Shown piece after piece: positions 63,486 to 64,000 of a DNA stretch of 64,000 nucleotides (position 1 is its first letter; each line of letters opens with the position of its first letter). Below the pieces are notes generated by a model. The model made no database searches. It was not told where the DNA came from and was given only the letters and a program-made list of their open reading frames with translations. The translations under genes were made by a program, and so were the position numbers. Source of the DNA: a virus (Duplodnaviria > Heunggongvirae > Uroviricota > Caudoviricetes); IMG/VR virus record IMGVR_UViG_3300042889_001305; one strand, 5' to 3'.

Positions 63486-64000
63486 TTATATTTTACCGCA
63501 ATCAATTGTAAAAGAACCTGAAGAAATTACAGATTCTACTCCACTTTGAAAATGTAAAGAGCCAGTATCTAATGAAAATGATATTGTAGTTCCAGATACT
63601 GAGCCGGTTAATCCATTAGATGCTTCGTATGTGTTACCACCACCAAAAGTGTAAGTGTTCCAAGTAATAGAATCACTAAACGTATTCGAGAAATCTGCGT
63701 ATGTTACATCAGCCTGATATAATGTGTTGGTATCTACAACATAAACGATTTGACCATCTGTAAAATAATTTGCATAAACAGCGGTTAAATCTGCATAAGT
63801 TGGGTAGATTTGAAATGCCCCTCTATTACTTAATAGGACTTCCTCCCAACCATTAACATTCGCTACATTTGAGGTATCTTTTAATACCCATATAGTGTTT
63901 GTATCGCGTTGATAGACAAGTAAACCTTCATATATGTTTGCGGCGGATAATGCATAACGTGCCGATTGGTCTGCTAAACTAAATCTAGCATCGACTGGGT
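63486..64000 (-). CDS. C-terminal part of a structural (fibre/baseplate-like) protein. Partial: the N-terminus lies beyond the window end.
   Basis: The reverse complement is an open frame ending ...SGSFTIDCGKI*, with the stop TAA at 63486-63488. S/T/G/N-rich. The track omits it because it is truncated. Confidence 0.5.
   Translation of the reverse strand, partial: PVDARFSLADQSARYALSAANIYEGLLVYQRDTNTIWVLKDTSNVANVNGWEEVLLSNRGAFQIYPTYADLTAVYANYFTDGQIVYVVDTNTLYQADVTYADFSNTFSDSITWNTYTFGGGNTYEASNGLTGSVSGTTISFSLDTGSLHFQSGVESVISSGSFTIDCGKI

Overview
This 64 kb window is almost certainly a contiguous piece of a large, AT-rich, tailed phage genome. It reads as a myovirus with a T4-like replication core. 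Every credible gene lies on the minus strand, and all plus-strand ORFs in the track are embedded antisense in minus-strand genes. From high to low coordinates the window holds a partial structural gene, five tail-fibre genes, a GT-B glycosyltransferase, a Hint/FN3 virion protein, tail sheath, tail tube, tape measure and baseplate-like proteins. Next comes a block of small accessory genes (PhyH-type dioxygenase, SWIM zinc finger, SPFH/band-7 protein, a short family-A-polymerase-like protein, an exported DRGH nuclease, an HNH-SF2 helicase fusion). Then follow SSB, UvsX/RecA, RNase H/FEN, a DnaB-like helicase, a DPPY DNA methyltransferase, RNR alpha/beta and a thioredoxin. The most unusual part follows: a tightly packed operon (about 7.2-13.8 kb) with two tandem SPPY-motif amino-methyltransferase-like paralogs, a short thymidylate-synthase-family enzyme, an asparagine-synthetase-like amidotransferase and a PLP fold-type-II (ACC-deaminase-like) enzyme, read through into the family-B DNA polymerase. 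The sliding clamp lies next, then three genes inserted between clamp and clamp loader (one a third SPPY paralog), then the partial clamp loader. I read this gene set as a candidate, apparently undescribed, DNA base hypermodification pathway. The GT-B glycosyltransferase and the exported nuclease may belong to the same biology. Promoters upstream of early genes fit the Bacteroidetes sigma-A consensus TTTG-N20-TAnnTTTG on the minus strand, so the host is probably a Bacteroidetes (Flavobacteriia-like) bacterium. Several promoters carry TACGAA/TTCGTA palindromes, and a different AT-rich motif (plus strand CCTATAAATATA) precedes structural genes. I saw no tRNA, rRNA or CRISPR array. All functional calls come from motif-level reading of the translations, without database searches.
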